NCBI RefSeq assembly: GCF_021869535.1 | Contig: NW_026262671.1 | Location: 6,200,001-6,264,000, forward strand | Source: Mytilus californianus | Lineage: Eukaryota | DNA length: 64,000 bases | Reading direction: 5' to 3' | Shown: positions 57,913-64,000 of the stretch, piece after piece | Layout of the letters: each line of letters opens with the position of its first letter | How positions within the stretch are numbered: position 1 is the first letter of the stretch | The notes under the pieces: model-generated | What the model saw: the letters and a program-made list of their open reading frames with translations, nothing else | The model's database searches: none | Told to the model about the DNA's origin: nothing | Translations under genes and position numbers: made by a program

Positions 57913-60900
57913 ATATTTCAAGATAATTTGAAAATTTGGTTTTATATTTTCCATCATTGATCTGTGTTTGCAATGTATGGTCCTTGCTTTATAAAAAGAA
58001 TATAAAGAATATTTTTACTCTACCTAGAACAATTTGTAATTGAAGTCAGGGGTTTAACTCTTTGCCTCAAAATTTGCTTCAAACATCAATAATGCAGCAC
58101 TAACGACATTATGCTGTAAACACTAACTGTTTGGTTTTTACATAAATTATATATTTTTTATTTAAGAACGGAACATGACATACAGGTAATAGCAGCTTAC
58201 ATGAAGTATCCACCTGACAGAATGGGAGGAGTGGTCGAAAGAATAAAGCTGGGTCATCAAATGATTGAGCATCAGACATCAATAGAAATAGAGCAGAAAA
58301 TTGACACTGATTTTTTTTAAAATACCACATTAGAATATGTAGATTCATTCAATAATTTATTGTTTTGTTTCAACACATATTTCAAGTGTTCAAAGCTCAT
58401 ATTTCTGCCTTTTAGACCCTAGCTAGTTGATATTTGTTGTTTTTTCCTATATTTACTTGACAAAACCTTATATGTCCACTGTAGGCTCTGCATATCAAGT
58501 CAAAAATACTGGTCAAGCCCGGACAATGCGAGCGTTTTTGAACCCCTGGTCAACAGCAAATTGATGTGCTAAGGTAGTTGTGGAGACATGTCCACCAGCA
58601 CTGAATTATAAGGTTACCAACCTTTGTTGGAAGGAATGAATTTCTGAGGTTTTAAAGATGATGACGCACTTATTCAGGACAGGACGTTAACTTGAATGAA
58701 TTATTGTTTCATTGCCTTAAGTTGTCCAATTTAAGAACGTTAATAAGGATTTAATTTGGTCCTTAATTAGCTCTGAAGACATCTGAGGATATTTAAAGAG
58801 GTTAAATGGTTGTTGTTATGATGTTAATTTGACGTTGTACAGATATCTGAGGATATTTAAAGAGGTTTAATCATGGTGGTTGTTAGGACGTTGATTAGAC
58901 GTACAGATATCTAAAGATATTTAAAGAGGTTTAATGGTGGTTGTAAGGACGTTGACTAGACGTTGTACAGACGTGGAACATCCTTATTCAGGTTCATCAT
59001 GTTGGTTGGTCGGATGTTGTACCAACGTTGTACTGAAGTTGTAACTACGTTATACAGACGTTAAAAGGACGTTTGTCAAGACGTTGGGTAGACGTCAGTT
59101 TTTGACGTCTGAAAAATTTCATATACAACCAAAATCCAACGTAGGCTCGACGTTAGGGTCTGACGTCGAAATGATGTTTATACAACGTCAAATGTCTGCT
59201 GGGACGTTTCTTCACGATGTTCACTTGAAATTTATAAAGGACTGAATATAAAACAAAACTTTTCTACTAGTTGCTACGGAAGACTGCATGTTGCAATACA
59301 GGCAAATTAATAATTAACACAATTAACAAATTGGTATATAAATCGATAGCTAATTTTTTTTTACTTGAGAAAATTTGTATCGTTATAATGATTGACAAAT
59401 TTTTTCAATTGTTACATTAAAAAACTTCCGTGACGTTTAGTCTAATTCTGCTATCTCCATATATATAAATACATATCAATATAAAACGGAACTATGCAAT
59501 AGTCTAGATAAAGCGCAGCATAAACAATAAAAAAAACTTTATGACGTTTATCTCGATCCTTTTAACTGAATAAAGTACAGTTGTTATTGAAATTTGGTTT
59601 ATTACACGTAAAGGATTTGTCACTCGTCGAAATAGAAACCTATCTTAAAATTCAAGAACATTAAACAAACGGAAAGAAGGAATTCTTGAAAGGTGGTAAG
59701 TTTGTTGTCAGTAAATGTCTGTCTGTATGCATGTATTATTGTCATAATGAATAATATCGTATTCTGTGATTATTACTGTTGAGGTTATTCTTTAATCATA
59801 ATTGATTTGCTATTTTTTTCAGGAAAAAATAAATGAAACCTCCAAAAACTTTTTGATTGGTGTTATTTAATTTTTACAAAAGACATAATAGGGACACATA
59901 TAAAACAAAATATAGACCGTGATTTCGGATTCCCAGTGCGCGATCTTGGAATAATTATCATTGATCCCGATTCTAATCATTGATCTCAGATTAATAATCC
60001 GTGATTTCGATTTCGCATGCCATGATCTCGGATTAATAATCCGTGATATTGGATTCCCAAATCCGTGATCTCAAGTTAATTATCCGTGATCTCGGAATAG
60101 TATAATAAAACATTTAATAATCCGTAATCTTGGTTTCCCAATCCATGATCTCGGATTCCCAATCGGAATGATATTTCGTAATCTCGGATTAATAATCAGT
60201 GATCTCGATTTCCAATACGTGATCATGTGTCTTGTTCCCTTGTTAAGTGTCATGTTTGTTTATAGTTGAAAACTAATAATGTAAAAAAACTCATCACTTT
60301 ACTTAATTACTGTGTCTAAAGTACCCCGGCATAAATTGTTTAGTCTAGATAGTATCTAATATTCGATACAGTTACGGACCATCTACAGACAGACAACATG
60401 TAGGGTTTCCTTGTATTTTTATGTTATTTGTATGGTTTTGAAGAATATGAATACATATATCACTACTATCGATTGTAAGGTGTAGCATTTCTACAACCGT
60501 TCCAGATTAAAAGAGAAATAAGAAAAATGCATCAAATTGATGATTAAAGTGAACTTTCCCTCGAATTTGTTTTATTTCTCATTAAATTTTGCACATTGTA
60601 CGGAAAGAAACGTATGGATAGAAAGATATGCACAGGAAAATTGCGAGATTAACCACTTTGCGCACCTCAATATTTTGCTGTATGGAAAGAAAGAAATGGG
60701 TCATGTCTAATTAGAAGGACTTTGTTTTGTAAATGTGTACGACCCGGTTTCGTCTTAAAACTTTACAAAGTAGGACCCGGTTTCGTCATTGAAAATAATG
60801 CATACTAGTATTTATATGAATTAAAATCTGACACTCAACCGGCGATTAAAATGGCTTGTTGCAAAAACGATTTCTATAAGGGGACAACATATTATTTATT

Positions 60901-61292
60901 TGAATCCGTAAACACTTGAAATACTGCTTTACTGAAACAAAAATAATTCAAATATCACATTGTGCGAAAATAAATATTAACACGTCGGGTGTCACATGTG
61001 TAGCAGGTTCTGCCTACCCTTCCGGAGAACCTGATCGATTTTCTAGGACAACATGATATTTTTCGAAGTAAATATTCCACTCGACCTAGGGAGGGGGATA
61101 ATCTTTCCTATGATAGTTTGAATATAAATGTCTTGAACACAAAATGTTTAACATATATATATATATATATATGCAGGATTGCACTTGATCATACAGCGCA
61201 AAGGATCTCAATAATTATGTGTTGACAAATTTTCTTCTCCTCATTGGGACTATTTAGGTTGATGACCTCTTCTGTAGGCCTGTGTATTCAGG

Positions 61293-61896
61293 GCATACGA
61301 TACAGTTACAGGGGAGATAATGACGTTGCTAACGTAAAATGTAATTTTTCGCGACGTCAAACAGCGACATATCGGGAAAAGATGCATTTTTCGAGGGATT
61401 TTAATCATTAGCTTGAAAACGAGTACACGGACCCCTCATTTTTAAAAGGACATTTGACTTGATACTGTATGAAGATTATTTGTTCCAATTTCTATGATAA
61501 AATCACCGATGAAATTGTTTTATATTAGATAAATATACAGCAAACAATGCCATTTTTTCTAAAATCATAAAAATGTGATAAAAATGAATTATTTAAAAAG
61601 AATTGTTACACAAATTAAGGACCCATTTTTGTAAGATAGATATTCCAAATCATATTACAAACATCCTCATGTATTTATCTTTTGAAACAAAAAAGTTAAG
61701 TATATCTGTCCAAAGGATTGAAATGTCCAAGAACCGAAATTTTAAGTAAATGTCCAAAATGTCTACCCCATTTATCTCTAAATTTAGCACATGAAGGTAT
61801 ATTTTTTATTACATATTTGAATTTTCTTGGAAAAAAATAACTTGTATGCAAATTTTCGTAAACAAATCACCGTGGGATCAAAACTGTATCGTATGC
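61293..61896. mobile_element. MITE with 15-bp perfect TIR
   Basis: GCATACGATACAGTT at 61293-61307 and AACTGTATCGTATGC at 61882-61896; no ORF; TSD not evident. Confidence 0.65.
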
Positions 61897-62234
61897 AATG
61901 ATACCAAAACAGCAAATAAACTGAATAGAATAGACGTGCCATTTTATACATATATCAAAGGGAAACTTCGTTCATAGAAATAACATTTATTGTTTCATTG
62001 CATTTAGTACAAAATGGTAATTTTGTGGCAAATTAAGCAAAGACTTTACAGAAAATCAATAGACTATTTTACACAAATTTTCGTTATAACTTTTAAACAT
62101 AGATTACTGACTTGTTTGTCCATGCTATGCTATCGTTTATTGTTTACACAAATTCCTAATCGACATTTACAATTCGAAAAAACCCATCGTGCAGTCACTT
62201 AAGTCGAGCTATTGAACATTTTCAAACAGTAAGC

Positions 62235-64000
62235 AGCGGGCTAATTTTCAAAAAAAATATAGTAGATTAAATAGGAATTGCAAAATTTGATGCGGCAAAT
62301 ATTTAATTAATTTTAAGGGCGAAAAGAAATACAATGAATTACAATGCTGGTGGACCGCCAAGAGCTAGTGCCGGGAAATTTAAAATGCCATTTGAAAAAG
62401 AAAGCATATTGGATATGATAACACATTTATCCTTGCAAATTTCACATGTGGGTCCCTCAAAGAGTTGATTCTCTTGTGATAGTCACTTTAAGGAGTATAT
62501 CAATTTTCATTCGACTTTATGATACGTTTAGCTACAAGAAAATAAATTCTATTATCTGGAAAAGTTAAATCTAATTTTAGGCCACGAGACAATTCATGTG
62601 ATTATTTATATAACTAAATAAGTTTAATTAAATTTAAAAAAAAATCAATTGGAAGCGCAACGTGTGGGTTTGTTTTAAATTAATATACCACTAGCTATAC
62701 ATACAACATTGGTCGTTTGTAAAGCGTGTTAAAACTAGACGCTTCCTCATCGGCTTCTAAATAAATATATTCTTTGAATATGTATTTACCTATGGAATCA
62801 ATCTAACGAACCTTGCATTTCCTTTTATTCTTAGTCATGAAAGTTGCAAGGATTAGAACTTTAGCTATACTTATCAACTGACGTTTCTTCATGATGTTCA
62901 CTTACAATTTACAACGAACTAAGTATGAAACAACTACGATGGAAGACTGCATGTTTGAATGCAGATGAATAAAAGGTTAACACACTTAAGAAATACGGTT
63001 ACATAAATCAATAGATAGCATTTTTCAATTTAGGAAATTTGTACGATTTTGTTGTTTGACAAATTTTATCACTTGTTACATTGAAAACTTTTCTGACCTT
63101 TAATCTAATTCTGCTATCTCATTGTAAATACATATCAGTATAAAAAGAAATTATGCAATAGTCTAGATAAGTGCAGCATAAATAAAAACGTTAATGTTTA
63201 TCATGATCCTTTTCACTGAATAAACAATAGTTGTTATTTCACGCAAAGGATTTGTCATCGTCGAAATAGAAACCTATCTTAACATTCAAGAACATTCACC
63301 AAATGGAAAGAAGGAACTCTTGACAGGTGGTAAGTTTTTTGTCTGTAGATAGCTGTCTGTCTGTCTGAATTATTGTCATAATGAAAAATATAATATTCTA
63401 TGATTATTACTGTTGAGGTCAATCTTAAATCATAATGGATTTGTAATTTTATTTTTTCAGGTGAAAAATAAATGAAACCTCCAAAAATGTTTTGATAGGT
63501 ATACAGAAGCAATAAAAGGGACACATATAAAAATATAAACCGTTATCTCGGATTCCAAGTCCGTGATCTTGAATTAAAAATCAGCGATCTTGGTTTTCAC
63601 ACCTTGATCTCAGATTAATAACCCGTGATCTTGGATTAATTGTTCGGGATTTTGATTTCTCATTCCATGATCTCAGATTAATAATCAATGATCTCGTTTT
63701 TCAACCCGTGATCTCGATTAAAAAAATTTAGTAATCTCGAAAAATAAAAAAAAACATGTTTAGTCTCAATAGTATCTAATATCCGATACGGTTACGGAAC
63801 ACCTACAGACAGCGAAAATGTAGGATTTCCTATTATTTATTTGTTTTTTTTATGGTTTTGTAATATATATAAACAAATATTACTATTATAGATTGTGAGA
63901 TATAACAATGTCTACAACCGTTCCTAATTAAAAGAGAAAGAAGCAAAATTCATGTCAAATTGATGAATAAAGTGAACTTTCCCTTCAAATTTGTTTAATT
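62235..64000 (+). repeat. Segmental duplicate of ~52520-53692 + 59204-60575
   Basis: Collinear alignable blocks (e.g. 52855/62295, 53270/62545, 59205/62882, 59610/63243, 60345/63760, 60495/63910); copy B runs off the window. Confidence 0.85.

Larger units (their letters stand above)
53693..59203. mobile_element. CMC/EnSpm-type DNA transposon, 5.5 kb, non-autonomous, with nested insertions
   Basis: TIR CCCAGCAG(G/A)CAT, many subterminal ACGT-containing repeats at both ends, 2-bp TSD AC (53691-92, 59204-05). The empty site CTG-AC-GTTTCTTC is present in the paralogous segment at about 62878-62890. Confidence 0.85.

Noticed and set aside
57498-57926. 142-aa Cys-rich repetitive ORF (CQDLGACGALLFLKMSD)n
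   Set aside because: It is the translation of a 51-bp (17-codon) minisatellite inside a transposon; no unique flanking coding sequence.
61305-61325. CAGGGGAGATA resembling the U1 snRNA 5' region
   Set aside because: Only 11 nt match, the ATACTTACCTG start is absent, and it lies inside a MITE.

Overview
AT-rich eukaryotic genomic DNA with one N-gap (2974-3170). The repeat landscape (MetaSINE- and Nin/Deu-type SINEs, Helentron-type HINE elements, Penelope-like RT tails) points to a bivalve mollusc, probably Mytilus-like; this is inferred from recognised repeats, not from a search. Three intron-containing host genes were assembled by hand from splice sites. Two are tandem paralogous 4-EF-hand calmodulin-like genes on + (CDS 11250-17816, 146 aa; CDS 26901-32551, 145 aa). 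The third is BLOC1S5/Muted on - (CDS 46407-35067, 156 aa), convergent with the second EF-hand gene. A near-intact CR1-group LINE with a 2A-like StopGo motif, PHD finger, APE endonuclease and RT sits just upstream of BLOC1S5. The rest is transposon-rich: a nested pair of IS3EU-type elements with matching 6-bp TSDs, a 5.5-kb CMC/EnSpm-type element carrying spliced gene remnants, an unusual 1-kb composite insertion, MITEs, HINEs and several minisatellites. The right end holds an old segmental duplication with conserved promoter-like and intron-like signals. Almost all ORFs in the supplied track are spurious. No rRNA, true tRNA gene or CRISPR array was found.
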